A stretch of DNA of 64,000 nucleotides from Tubiluchus corallicola (taxonomy: Eukaryota > Animalia > Priapulida), in NCBI GenBank assembly GCA_030141605.1, contig JAQGDQ010000258.1, forward strand, positions 62,001-126,000, read 5' to 3'. This document shows, piece after piece, positions 1 through 24,893 of this stretch. The number at the start of each line of letters is the position of its first letter. Position 1 is the first letter of the stretch. Below the pieces are notes generated by a model. The model made no database searches and was not told where the DNA came from. It was given only the letters and a program-made list of their open reading frames with translations. Position numbers and translations under genes: made by a program.

Positions 1-943
1 TCTATTTGTCGTCCACGCGAATGTGACAAAAAGGCGCCGTTGCCAATCTTAGTAGATTCACTGAGCTGCGCGTAACTTTGAAAGTTTAACGAAATTTAAA
101 TATCTTAGGTAATTATTATTTAATCTAAGCTTTGATAAAAAAAGCTATTACAGTTTTCAATATTTTAGAGCACTCTTTATTCTACTAATGTTTACATATA
201 ACCCGGGTTTCCTTTAACCTTTATTAAAAATTAAAAAAAGCAATTACTCAATCAAGTGACCTGCAAACATTGAATAATCACATGTGCTATAATAAATACA
301 ACGATAAATGTTTAAAATTATTGATCAAATTTCAGTATTTATCACAAATATACGTAACTCCTCAATTAGATAACATACTAAGTCCGATTAAAATATGAAA
401 ATTGTATCAATTTTGTGAAATTCGTTATGCACAAGTGTGAATTTCTATAATTAGATCAACAAATTTTTTTATACGTTTAAGATTTTCCCAAGCAAGCAAA
501 GCAATGTTAGGCCTGATTTAAAGCAATCTGCTTTTTCCATAAACTCGGATATTGTGCAAATTTACTATAAAACTTGTACAACATCAACATGAATGAGTCA
601 GCAATTTCACCAGTCAGCAGAATTTATGCAGGCCACGTTTTGACCGTCCACAATGGTCAATGGTCAATTCAGTGATTACAAAAGAACAAAAGAAAGTTAT
701 TAAAGCTAAAGAAACAAGATGCACTTGTATGGAATCAAGCTAAAAGAAGCCAGTGCATTAAAAGATATCAGGTAAATGCACCTGAGTTCACTCAAGCGCG
801 TTTGGCTTCTGTGATGGCTGTTAGCTATTGTCATGTTATTATTTAAATCACATTTGTAGCTGCATAAATTTCTTTCCACAAAACTGACTCTTGTTGGTGG
901 TCAATAATCATCAAATGTTAGTAAATAGTTTTCTAAATCGATA

Positions 944-1293
944 CGTTCAGACCAGGCGTGTTCACTGGAAAATTCCCTCAGAGATCAAACTTGCAAGTGT
1001 GAACGGTTTGACAAGTTCTCTCTGAGAGTACACTCGCTCGTGTGAACGACTTGTTGGAAGTTCTAGCTCAAGTTCTCTTTGAGACAAAAATTCGCAAGTG
1101 TGAACGACTTGGCAAGTTCTCTCTAAGAGAAAACTCCCAAGTGTGAACATCTTTACATGTTCTCTCGCATGCCATTGTAAACTCTCCGAGACTTGCCGAA
1201 AGTTAACTTGTGCAAGAACTTGCCAAGTTGTTCATATTTGTATATCTATTTTCAGAAAGAACTTGTGCAAAAAGTTGCACGTCTGAACGCGCC
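944..1293. mobile_element. Non-autonomous DNA transposon (MITE), PIF/Harbinger-like
   Basis: Terminal inverted match CGTTCAGAC (944-952) / GTCTGAACG (1281-1289), AGGCGTGTTCAC near the left end, and internal repeats of CAAGTGTGAAC and CAAGTTCTCTC. The superfamily is inferred from TIR style only. Confidence 0.5.
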
Positions 1294-1523
1294 TTAATAA
1301 ATTTTGTTTTTCAAGATTCTTCTACATTTTCCAATCAGATGTTGTGTTACAAATGATAGTAATAGTAGCAAATGTAATTTTCATGAAATAGCATGTAAAA
1401 ACCATTGTGGTTGGTCGAAACGCATGCTGCTCACCCACGTCTCTGTATTTTTGATATCTAATGATGTGTTGATAAGATCTTTTTGGATGGAATTGATGTA
1501 AGTCAGCAGCTGTCCTCCTCTTT

Positions 1524-2050
1524 ATCATCATCATCATCATCATCATCATCTCTGGCGACACACGTCGTTTGACATGACCCTCCTGATCACTTTACTCCAT
1601 GCTGCCCTGTCACCCTCAACCCTCCGTGTCTCTGTATTTTTCATACCTAATGGCGTGTTGATAAGATCTTTTTGGATGAAATTGATGTAAGTCAGCAGTT
1701 GTCCTCCTTGTGGTTTCTTTTCTTTATGAAGTGTTTCTTTGAAAGCTAATTTCAATCTGTCATCTGGAAGTCGTATAACATGTCCTGTCCATCTAAATCT
1801 TCTTCTTTTGGTTTTATCTGTCCATTGTCCATTCCTCTGTCTTGACTTTATTATACACGTCCTAGTTTGATATTTTCTTTGGCCATTTTATTTGTAGAAT
1901 GTTCCTGTAGGTTCGTCTTTGAAATGCATCAATTACTGACTTGTGTTGTACCTTGGTTGTCCATAATTCTGAGTTGTAGAGAACCACAGTTTCCAAAAAT
2001 GTAGCAAACATTCAAAATTTTGTTCCTAGACTGACGCTCTTACTTTCAAA
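1524..2050 (-). mobile_element. 5'-truncated, decayed RTE-like LINE 3' end with (ATG)n tail
   Basis: Minus-strand translation gives LYNSELWT..IDAFQRR..ILQIKWPKKISN*..RRFRWTGHVIRLPDDR..KKPQGG..IQKDL..DRAAW, typical of the RTE-clade ORF2 C-terminus. It ends in a (GAT)n microsatellite at about 1524-1550. Confidence 0.75.
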
Positions 2051-2338
2051 GAAAATAAAAAACAGACAGAAACCGTGTACAAACCTAAACCCAAATAACT
2101 CAAAGCTTCTACGTTATTACGTTTCGAATTTTTGCAGATTAAAAATTGCAAAGTTAAAGCAGCATTATTGTTATTAGTACTAAATTTTCATAATAATATA
2201 ATTTCTCGGTCAATATCATTTCGTGTGCAAAGATTCCTGCAACAGTTAAATACGGTTTAAATTACGCGCAGATTATCAATTATTCTCAGTTTCAAAAGGT
2301 CATAGCCTCAAATTTTACTCAGCAACGTTGCTTATAAG

Positions 2339-2863
2339 CAGGCTGCATAAGATTATGGATATCCATAAAATAAGACCAAAAATCCATAAAATAAAATTTG
2401 AAAAATCCATAAAATAAGAAATGCGTAAAATAAAAACATATTTTTTTGTGATTTTTGTACAAAGTAACGAGTTGTAAGCATTGGCAACACTGAAAACGAA
2501 CGTTAGAAGGAGAGAAAGAGAAAGAAAACAAACCAACAAAAGCGCATTTCCGGATTTTACATTGTTTTTTTTTCTCATTGTCTTTTTGTCTGAAAATAAC
2601 AGAGAGAGACCCAGCCATTGTCGCGTAAAATTTGATTAAATTTGAAGTGATATGAAACCGATAAAATTAAAACTAAGTCCTGCGTGTTTAAAAACACGTT
2701 TCAAGCACTCCTGTTTTTACTTTTTAATTGATTTCCCCTGGGCATCTCGTTCCAGATATAGTCTATTTCTTATTTTATTGATATCCATAAAATAAAATTT
2801 CAAAAATCCATAAAATAAGCTATTTTATTTATTTTATACATATCCATAATCTTATGCATCCTG
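2339..2863. mobile_element. hAT-type MITE with 8-bp TSD
   Basis: About 35-bp TIRs starting CAGG(C/A)TGCATAAGATTATGGATAT, with the identical 8-bp flank CTTATAAG at 2331-2338 and 2864-2871. Confidence 0.85.
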
Positions 2864-2887
2864 CTTATAAGCCAGAATGAGAGGCAG

Positions 2888-15627
<12,740 letters not shown>

Positions 15628-15726
15628 CTAAAGTTAAACAAAACTTATTGCTTTGAAGTTACAGCTTTCGAACGAGTAAAGAAGAAATTCACATGTGTTT
15701 CTAAATAAACTTATACAATGACATGA

Positions 15727-16140
15727 AAGGTGTTTTGTGAAAAGTAGATATGAAACAGCTAAATTTCAGAAGGTGTTTTGTGAAAAGTAGATACGAAACA
15801 CCTAAATTTCAGAAGGTGTTTTGTGAAAAGTAGATATGAAACAGCTAAATTGCAGAAGGTGTTTTGTGAAAAGCAGATATGAAACAGCTAAATTTCAGAA
15901 GGTGTTTTGTGAAAAGTAGATATTAAACACAAACAAAGAAAGTAGATATAAACACCTAAATTTCAGAAGGTGTTTTGCGAAAAGTAGATATGAAACACCT
16001 AAATTTCAGAAGGTGTTTTGTGAAAAGTAGATATGAAACACCTAAATTTTAGAAGGCGTTTTGTGAAAAGTAGATATGATACACCTAAATTTCTGAAGGT
16101 GTTTTGTGAAAAGTAGATATGATACACCTAAATTTCAGAA
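15727..16140. repeat. 43-bp minisatellite, about 9-10 copies, upstream of the astacin start codon
   Basis: Unit AAGGTGTTTTGTGAAAAGTAGATATGAAACA(G/C)CTAAATTTCAG. Confidence 0.93.
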
Positions 16141-16834
16141 TATGTTTTAAAAAGTAACTGAAATTTAACAATTTTATCAAGAAACTTATATTATTTTAGG
16201 TAGATTTGTAGAATTTGAAGTGTTTTTTGAAAGGATGAATGTTAAAATATGAAAATATGATAGTTTTGACAAATTTAGCATAAATACAAGTAACGAATAT
16301 GTTTTTAAACTGGTAACTTTAATACTTACTTTGAAAATATTTATTGTCAGAAGGCTGAGCTCTAACTTGATCAAGGCTGTGATGTGATGAATCGCAGGCT
16401 GGCCCTAACTTTCTGCCCCAAATTTCTCCCCAAGTTTCGTTCATTATATACCAACTTTCTTGCTTGCAAAGCAGGAACCGAAAACCGCGTCAAACAATTA
16501 AAATGTCATTAAATTTTTGCTTGCATTTACAAATTTCTTTGTGGAAAATGTCGAGCAAAATTTCCATCGGTAAACACATTTTCTGCTGATATTTTCAGTA
16601 TAAATGGCTGCATTTGGTTTTAAATCCTGTTGCATAAGTATTGTATTTTAATTAATTGTTTTGTATAAATAAAATAAACATATTATTAAACTGTTTAAAT
16701 AGGTGCAGTTTCAATTAAATGAAAGGAAGATTTCTGATTCGAAATTTCAAGATTTTATTTAGCCAAAATCATGTTATAACAATGGAGCAAATACGGATTT
16801 GTGCATTTCTACAAAAAAATGTAAGACTGTAGCT

Positions 16835-17600
16835 TCATAAGTCATAAGTCATTTATTTGACCTTACACATTTACAATGGTTACATATACAATATCTAGTG
16901 AAAGGGCCTACAATGGATATAATACAAATAAGAAATACTGCACAGGAAAAGCCTCGCACACTGTTCACTTATACACGAAGGTAATGTGTTGTGGGCAATC
17001 AAAAAGCAGGGCTTGTTAGATTGTCCCACACAGTGATAGAAAAAAAAGTAATGGAGATAATCTGAAAATTTAAAGTGAATCGTGATAAAAAACATTAGTC
17101 CTTAAAATGGAATGATGTAATGAATGAAGCTCATATATGGAATGATATAAAAGATAGAAAGACTATTATTTTTTAATAGTATGTAAAATTAAAATAACTT
17201 GATTAAGCTAACACCACTGTTTTGCCACTACTGTGAGGATGGATACTGATAGAAATTTTGATTACTCACTGATACTTACTTAAAATTTGATTTTTTAGCA
17301 TTTTTTTTAATTTAGTAATCTGCTATCTTTTGCGGATTGACAAATCTCATTCCAGACTTTTGGTCCTTTATATATTATAAAATGTTTGGCTATGTTAGTT
17401 CTACAGAAAGGCACAATGTATTGATTAAGCTTAATTTTAGTTACATATATTAATGTTTTCTGGCCGAGGGGACGATTCAAGCTACAAAGTTTTAAACTAG
17501 AGGAAGAGAGGATGATTTTTCATACACTACAAGTATGCTAAAATGTTTGCATTTCAATACTAGTAATACTGCAATTGTTTCTGATGTTTCTGATAATTAG
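16835..17600 (-). mobile_element. Decayed CR1/L2-like LINE 3' end
   Basis: Minus-strand translation IVPFCRTNIAKHFIIYKGPKVWNEI resembles the CR1/L2 ORF2 C-terminal motif. It is followed by a 3' UTR hairpin (GGGACAATC..GATTGCCC), AATAAA and a (TTATGAC)n tail at about 16835-16853. Confidence 0.65.
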
Positions 17601-18089
17601 ATAACAGATTAAAGTCTTAATTAAGGGCAGGCGAACCCAACCGATTTTTCTTTAAGAATCAAAGAATTTTAAAATAAGCTTAAGAATCTTTCATCACATC
17701 AACATTTTCAATTTCGTCACTAACTAACAATTTCTAGTTTATTATTGTATTATTCTAATGTTTTATTCCAGCTTATTATTGTTAGTTAACAGCAAGTAAA
17801 CAATTAGACATATTAAAATTCAACATTATATTATACACACACAAAACTAATAAATGTTTACTTCAGTTCTTAAATGTTGACGTAAATTTGAATTACTGTC
17901 AATAAACTGTATTTCATAGCAGCACAAATGAATAAAGTTTCTCATTTCAAATGCATATTGAAACTGCTGTTCTACAATAAATCTTTTTTGCTGACGAGAA
18001 TTTCTAAGGAAGAACTGAACTCCCATTTGAAGCTTTAAATTTCGATTCTCGTTCATCTTTGAAAATGATAAGCATTCAGCAGCACGTAC

Positions 18090-18261
18090 TTCCCAGACGT
18101 ACTTCCCAGCTCACACAAGCCAAGCACACACACTTCTTAGACGTCATCAAACCTGCGCACACATACTCTTTAGACGTCATCAAACTCTGCACACATACTT
18201 CCCAGACGTAATCAGCTCACGCAAGCCAAGCATACACACTTCTTAGACGTCATTAAGCCTT

Positions 18262-18353
<92 letters not shown>

Positions 18354-18430
18354 GCACGCACGCACACACACACGCATACACACACTTCTTAGTCTTCATT
18401 AAGCCTTGCACACACACACACACACTTCTC
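18090..18430. repeat. Composite tandem repeat (CACACTTCTTAGACGTCAT units) with (CA)n microsatellite
   Basis: Direct reading. Confidence 0.8.
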
Positions 18431-20151
18431 TGACAGCAAAAATCGGTTCACACAAAGATTGTGTCGCAATGACCTCTTGTTATTCTGGGATCTAATAGTT
18501 GGGTGAAAATTATTTTCTATTCCACGTGATTTTCTCTATGAATAATGCTGCAGCGCATTTTTAGATCATATTGAATTATCTGCTCTAATGACAAGATATT
18601 CTAATCTAAGTCGTGTAAAAGATATAGAGCATAAAATGTGACATGCTCAAATTATCACATCCTCCAGCTAAACAACAACAAACTTCTCAAGACTTACGAT
18701 ATAACCTGGCTCCTAGATCAGTTGTCCACTTTACAAAGTGGTACCTTCCCCCTCTCTGTCACCCAGCTTACAAACACAGAAGTACTATTAGGTGACATCA
18801 TCCAATTTTCCTAGTGAAACCATTGTAACATAGATGCAATACACCATGGTAACAGCGGTCATCTCATTTGGTGGAGCATGAGCAGCTGAGGAGCTTACAG
18901 AAGTTACAATGATGAACAGCCAGTTAAGAGGAGTATAATAGAAACCCAATGAGGTTACGAGAAAACAAATTAAACCAACAATTAATGATAAAACTGTAGC
19001 TATTGCCACGTGTACATTGTTAGTGCTGTACTCTCTCGTAAGTGTAATATTTTGACGTATTACATTATTAAGAACATGATGTTTGTGTGTGATGTGCTTT
19101 CTAGTTTGTGATGTTATTATACGTTTAGTTTTGTGTTGAAATGTACGTTTTAATGTCGTTATGTTATTGTATGTATTATTAATTTTGCTAAGTATAGTAT
19201 TATACTACAGAGATTAGGCCTACAGTGTTTTTTACACTCGCGTACTCAGGCAATAATTTATGGCACTTTGCAAGATAGAAGCACTGAAAGATACTTGCCA
19301 TACTACTCGTAAATAATTGCTATTATTGTTAATTTATTTGTTAATTCTATGCACGAAATCTACACAAATATTGAACAGAACTTTTCTTCAATAAATGTGA
19401 TGATTTAATATTTGTTGAAGCTATAAATGTTTGTGGTGTACTAGTGCATTGTGTTTTGTGCTGTGTATCGACACTCACTAAGGTTCACCAAAAATGTCAG
19501 TTCAGCGTTGCTCTTTCATAAAAGTTTGTTTTAACAACAATCTTTAACTTGATGAAAAACGAGTTGCACTAAAAACAACAATGATTTTTGTTGTTCTTAA
19601 AAAACTTTGTCCAAAAATGATAAAAAAATTAACCTTTATTTTTTTTATTTTAAGACATAATACTGAATTCTTGATACCACATCATGCACAATCAACTCAT
19701 GGACAATAATACCACTAAATTTTACATTGAATTGAACTTTAAATTTTAATAAGAAAATCAAACTCATGAAATTTAATTTAACAAAAAAAAAAAAGAAAAC
19801 TAACATCAATAAATCTGTCAGATATATTTATATATGAATATTTATAGATGCCAAATTTGTTAAAGTGCATTCTATTACACTTTATATCTTTATAACTTTA
19901 ACACTATTTTACAAAGCACAAAATCTTATAGAATATTCGTTGTTTGATAAACATGTAATGAAAATGATTTGTCCCTATTAATCCTACTTGAGAAAAAAGT
20001 ATCATTGTTCATACAAAACTTACAAAATTTACCTTATAAGAACTGCTTAACAAAGCCTAAGGTGTTGTAGCAGCCAATGGCAGGGTAGATAAGTCTAACC
20101 CTGCTGAACCCATTTAAAAATTTTATTTGAGATTAAATACAGGGAAAAATC

Positions 20152-20294
20152 TTAGCTAACTATGTAGCCGTTGAATATGCTGTCATAATAAAATGTTGAA
20201 ATGTATTCACCACTCCCATATGTGACATAAACTTCATCTCCTGTTTCGAGATGAAGCATAAGAGAGTTTGACACCGAATGATAGTTACCACCAC
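20152..20294 (-). CDS. Terminal exon of a C1q-domain-containing protein (upstream exons not found)
   Basis: A TTGCAG acceptor precedes GGNYHSVSNSLMLHLETGDEVYVTYGSGEYISTFYYDSIFNGYIVS*, matching the gC1q C-terminal pattern SNS..L.L..GD.V.V....S.F.G. AATAAA lies about 25 nt after the stop. Confidence 0.75.
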
Positions 20295-20384
20295 CTGCAA
20301 CAAAATAATATTATTTTTAAGTACAACTTGTGTAAGAGCAAATACTAGTCACAAGGATGCATCAGTTTATCTTAATTTCAGGAT

Positions 20385-20530
20385 TATTGTTAACATCACA
20401 AACCGAGAATTTAAAAAATTTTGATAGCAAACTTGAAAAATAGGAAATACGAAAAAGTTATATGCAGGACGGATTTGAACTAGCACCCTGTTGCTTGCAA
20501 GGCAAACACTCAGCACCACATTCCCTGGTG
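20385..20530 (-). mobile_element. tRNA-derived SINE-like repeat
   Basis: Minus-strand B box AGTTCAAATCC; the body is homologous to 40712-40875 in inverted orientation. Confidence 0.55.
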
Positions 20531-22945
20531 ATCATGGTTATCCATTATATTACAGCTGGTTAACTAAATTAGCATTTAAAAAGTTAAAGCACTCAAACTA
20601 GACAGATTTATTTTAACTAATTTGAATATTTTTGGTTTAATTTGGTTAATTATTGTTGTATTACGTTAAACCAAGTTTTTCAACCTGCAGTATTAAATAT
20701 TAATGTTTTGTATATTGTAATGCAGACAGAATGATGATGAGTGGCTGTCATGCCATAGTTGTGACATAGTGACTGTTTTCTAATTTTGATTGCCTCAATT
20801 TTGCAGGCTATGTAAAAACTTTGGAGGACTAACTCAATGACGTACATCATTTTAAGTGGCCTTTACATAACATGCAGATGCAGTTGCATTTTGGTGGAAG
20901 TGGAACAGACAAAATCGGTTTATATTATTTCCAAAGCATCATTTATGGAGCCTGCGGACCTACTATTATTTTTCTCCAGCGATTCCCTATTACTTTTTTC
21001 CACAGTTCTGCAAGTAGAAAATGCATCAACATATGCATCCGATTTCTTAGAATGCCAAGTTAGACGAGACCCCTGAACTCGAACCCAGGAATAAAATGGC
21101 ACAAGACTTTGTTGAAAAGACAGAATTACAGTCTCTTAACCTCAATAGATGGTGAAGCTGAAGTGCAATTGGACACCTTTGGTCATTCTCCTCCACCTTA
21201 CAGACCACATCGTACTTGACATGACAGAGATGAGGAAACAACATGGAGTTTCTTTCCTGCCATCCCTCTGCCCGATGCATCATTACTGGTCTGCATAAAG
21301 AATTATTACGACACAGGCATTTCGTCATTAAATTTTGCTAAATGTGTTAATTTGTGACCAACTTCACACGTTTGACACCTCATGCGTGAGCACAGTGGCA
21401 AATTTAAAATTCGAGTTTTTATCTAAAACTTGCTTAAGTTTTAGTACAACACACTGAGTATTTTACAGAAGGATTGTACTTCAATTTTCGTTATGATCCC
21501 AGAGTAATCAACAAGGCAAATGATATTTGGTTGGCTGCTAGGTAGTCTTTCCCAAAGTTCCCCTCTTGCCCAAAAACGGCTAAAATAAATTGGTCCTGCT
21601 AGAGTTGACTCGAAAATGAGGGAACCAAATACAAATTTGCTAAAGTCTCTGCCATCTCCTGTCTGGGCTGACCAATTTGAGAGAAATCAGCAGACAATGT
21701 AACCTGAGCAATCATTTACCTGCATTCACCTACCTGGTATTTCAACCAATGACAACCCCAATGAATCATTTTTCCTCTCAACAGTCAACTTACCGAGCTC
21801 TGTCCACTTTTCAAATGTAAATTTTGGGCATGGCTTCTTATTTCAGTAAACTTTCTACTTGTAATTTAGCTTACACCTGTAAAATGCACCCACTATTTTA
21901 TTGCATTAGGAATTCTGAGTATAAATTTTTTCAGAAACATAACGAGAAGTTTCAGTGAAGAAACCTGTTTTTGGCAACCTGACTTGTGGCAGACATTTTA
22001 TCCTCTGCTGAACGATAGTCTTACACAGTTGGAAATTGAAACTTGCATGCTGGCAAACATTCCACTGAAGTCTCACCATTTAGTTGTAGCACTGGAATCG
22101 TTAGCTGTTGCCTAAGGCTGAACAATTAAGCCTACAGATGGGACTGGTTGCAGCCCGTATTTTTCTGTATTAACTTAAAATGCTCTTGCCCCATAAATAA
22201 ATAAATAAATCTCTCTTTACAGCACTTTAGGTTCGCAAAATCGTAATTAAAGGTGCAGCAATAAAACCTGCCAATAAAGTAAAACTTAAAGGAATCAATA
22301 TTTCATCTAAAGTCAACCGACTAAAAGAAAATCTTTAACTCTACTAAATAATTTTGTAGCCTCGTGCACAGACTAATGATATTTAAAATTATGCAACAAA
22401 AACTGTTATCTTCCTTTTGCGCTGCGTTTGAAAATCTTGTTGTCACGTTGTGGAAGGCATTATTCAGCTTTCCTTTATTGTGTTAACTCCATTCAAAGTG
22501 GGAGCTTTGATTTTAAAGGGAGGGGGGCGGAGCTTTTGCCCTATTATGTGTTTAAACTTTCGTTCACTAAAGGACTCAGAACATGTTACGTGTATTTTAT
22601 TTTAAAGGCTCTTCAAAATAAAAACATCTATAAATCGAAATTCAATCATCTTAACTGAATGAAATTCACAAATCCTACCTCTGATCTAAATACTTACCTA
22701 TTTCCCTATTTCACCTGTGCAAAATCTATAAAAACAAGTGCCGCATTCTTATTCCGTGAGTTCAGGGGTTACTGGTGTTAGTTTGAGGGCCAAACAGGAC
22801 AAGCCTGATCCCTTCATGATCCTGTCTCCTAACTGTTTGGGTGCCAATGTGAAGTAACCCCTCAAGGGTAGATTCCTTTTTTATGTTTTGTGTTTAGCCA
22901 GCTTGTTCATTTCGATTACAAAAGTTTTTTCTTACATTAACATAT

Positions 22946-22989
22946 NNNNNNNNNNNNNNNNNNNNNNNNNNNNNNNNNNNNNNNNNNNN
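22946..22989. other. Assembly gap (44 N) covering the start of the 5' LTR
   Basis: N run; alignment to the 3' LTR predicts about 47 missing LTR bases. Confidence 0.95.
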
Positions 22990-23253
22990 CACTTGCTATA
23001 AAAGCGGTGAGCACGTAGGTTACTACGTCTCTGTCGTGCTCACGTCCACCATGTGTGCTGCTCTTTTCAGTGCTTAACAGGATTGTCGTTTGGGGTAGGT
23101 ACGGCGTAGTTTGAACCTGATTATTTATCTTTTGTATTTCTTTCTCTGCACTCCGTCCTAGTGGAATGCAAAGCGCGCCAACGAAAGCTGACTGCTCAGC
23201 CGTCTTCGCGTCCCTCGACCCCCTGGCAGCCCCCAGGGGAGGGCTCCGCAACA
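22946..23253 (+). repeat. 5' LTR (start hidden in gap)
   Basis: 22990-23253 matches 31098-31361 with two substitutions seen; ends ...CCGCAACA. Confidence 0.95.
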
Positions 23254-24893
23254 CTGGTGTCGAAGTTGGGGATAAGAATTCACAGTCGGTCGAAAGGACA
23301 AGTCTAAGTGCATGTCTAGAAACTGCTTCTTGGGCTGATTCTTTAGATTCGTGTTCTGCTTCTTCTGTTAATTTGGCAAACCTAGCTAGCCAGCCTAGCC
23401 AAGTGGCCTATTTACCTTCGTCTGTTCCACGTCCGGTGTCTGTAGGTCACGCTAGCTTTCAAAACCAAGACTCAGGCCTATCTTGTTCTACAGACCTGAG
23501 CAACCTAAATTTTATTTCGCAAGAAATGCGAAACTTGTCTACGCGCATAAATAATCAGTTTTCACAATTTTCTGAGCTTAGTAATGTTATAGCTCAAAAT
23601 CAAATGCGGAATGAAGCCCGTTTAGAAGACCTGTCAAGTGTAGTCGCAACACTTACACAGGCTTTTTCTCAGATCGCACCTAATTTTTCGGAGCGTCGCG
23701 GCCCAGTGGGGCCTGAACCTGGCCTTACACTGGTTAGGGAACCGGCTACGGTTCTCACCTCCAACGGTAATGATCCTGAACGTAATGGTTCATTCATTAC
23801 TACAGATTATGCGCATTCCCAGCGTCAAAATGCAGAACCAGTTACAGTACCAAAAAACCCTACTGAACCGGTTACGCGTGTTCGCTTTCAAGCTCAGAGC
23901 GACAATGACCTTTCGCGAAATGACCCTGATATTTCCACATCTAGGTTCGATTCTCACTTGTCCAGCGGCACAGTAATGGAACAAACTACTTCGTTTTTAC
24001 CTTTGCAAACAGCTTATAATAATTCTTGCACGAGTGGGGTTGCTAATAAAGAGTTTAAAGGGCTACCGCCTTATGATGGTGAAACAGTAACCTGGGAAAG
24101 CTATCGAGCTCAGTTTGAACTACTTAAGCAGATAAACTTATGGAATAACAGAGAAGCCGGGTTGCATTTAGCGTTAAAATTAAAAGGCAAAGCAGTTGGT
24201 GTTTTGGAAACGTTACCACCTGAGCAGCGCTCAGATTATTCAGTTCTTTCAAACGCTTTAAGTCGTAGATTTGGATGCCAAAATAGGGAAAGCGTGTACA
24301 GAGCGCATTATAACAGCCGCGTGCGTCAAACCAATGAAGATTTACGTCAGTATGCGGAACAATTGCGCGTGTTGTATCATCGCGCGTATCCTGCCGTGGA
24401 TTTAAATTCTGCTGAACACCAACTTACTTTAAAATTCATAGATGGTTTGGGAGACCCTGAACTAGCAATACACGTGCAACAAAGTTCACCCACCAATTTA
24501 TCAGATGCTTTAGCATCAGCGCTTTCAATTGAATCCATTCGCCTTACTGCTAAACGTACAGCAGAACTTTCTGAAGCTGCCAAGCCGCATAAACCTATGC
24601 TTAGAGCTCAACAACCTGTATCGGATTCACGTTCAATTTCTTTTAGAAATGGCAAATTCGTATGCTATAATTGCGGAGGACATGGACATTTTGCAAAGCA
24701 ATGTCCGTCTCCTGCAGTTTCAGCGCAGGCCCAGCCTGGGCAATCGAGTCGGAAACCTGTAACATCAAATTTCGCGGGTCCAGACAGAAAATGGTCTCAC
24801 CAGAGTCCAAATATGCAGAATAGCTCTAGTACTAATTTGAGCCAATCGCGTCGCAGTACTGCTCGTCCTCACCGTCCGCCACGTTTTCAATAG
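23166..24893 (+). CDS. gag: Gag polyprotein (575 aa from the first ATG)
   Basis: Capsid-like region (PPYDGETVTWESY...QFE...W) and CCHC knuckle CYNCGGHGHFAKQC. The true start could be a downstream Met. Confidence 0.9.
   Translation: MQSAPTKADCSAVFASLDPLAAPRGGLRNTGVEVGDKNSQSVERTSLSACLETASWADSLDSCSASSVNLANLASQPSQVAYLPSSVPRPVSVGHASFQNQDSGLSCSTDLSNLNFISQEMRNLSTRINNQFSQFSELSNVIAQNQMRNEARLEDLSSVVATLTQAFSQIAPNFSERRGPVGPEPGLTLVREPATVLTSNGNDPERNGSFITTDYAHSQRQNAEPVTVPKNPTEPVTRVRFQAQSDNDLSRNDPDISTSRFDSHLSSGTVMEQTTSFLPLQTAYNNSCTSGVANKEFKGLPPYDGETVTWESYRAQFELLKQINLWNNREAGLHLALKLKGKAVGVLETLPPEQRSDYSVLSNALSRRFGCQNRESVYRAHYNSRVRQTNEDLRQYAEQLRVLYHRAYPAVDLNSAEHQLTLKFIDGLGDPELAIHVQQSSPTNLSDALASALSIESIRLTAKRTAELSEAAKPHKPMLRAQQPVSDSRSISFRNGKFVCYNCGGHGHFAKQCPSPAVSAQAQPGQSSRKPVTSNFAGPDRKWSHQSPNMQNSSSTNLSQSRRSTARPHRPPRFQ
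23255..23273 (+). other. Primer binding site, tRNA-Leu-like (imperfect)
   Basis: TGGTGTCGAAGTTGGGGAT lies 1 nt after the LTR and resembles the complement of the tRNA-Leu(CAA) 3' end, TGGTGTCAGAAGTGGGAT. Confidence 0.65.

Noticed and set aside
18640-19009. Hydrophobic 73-aa minus-strand ORF
   Set aside because: Non-ATG start and no splice support; the plus strand looks more like a decayed retroelement tail (RYNLAPR).
22937-23254. Antisense ORFs of about 100 aa in both LTRs (also 31069-31362)
   Set aside because: They start at a TTG at the LTR edge, show no recognisable domain, and are duplicated only because the LTRs are.
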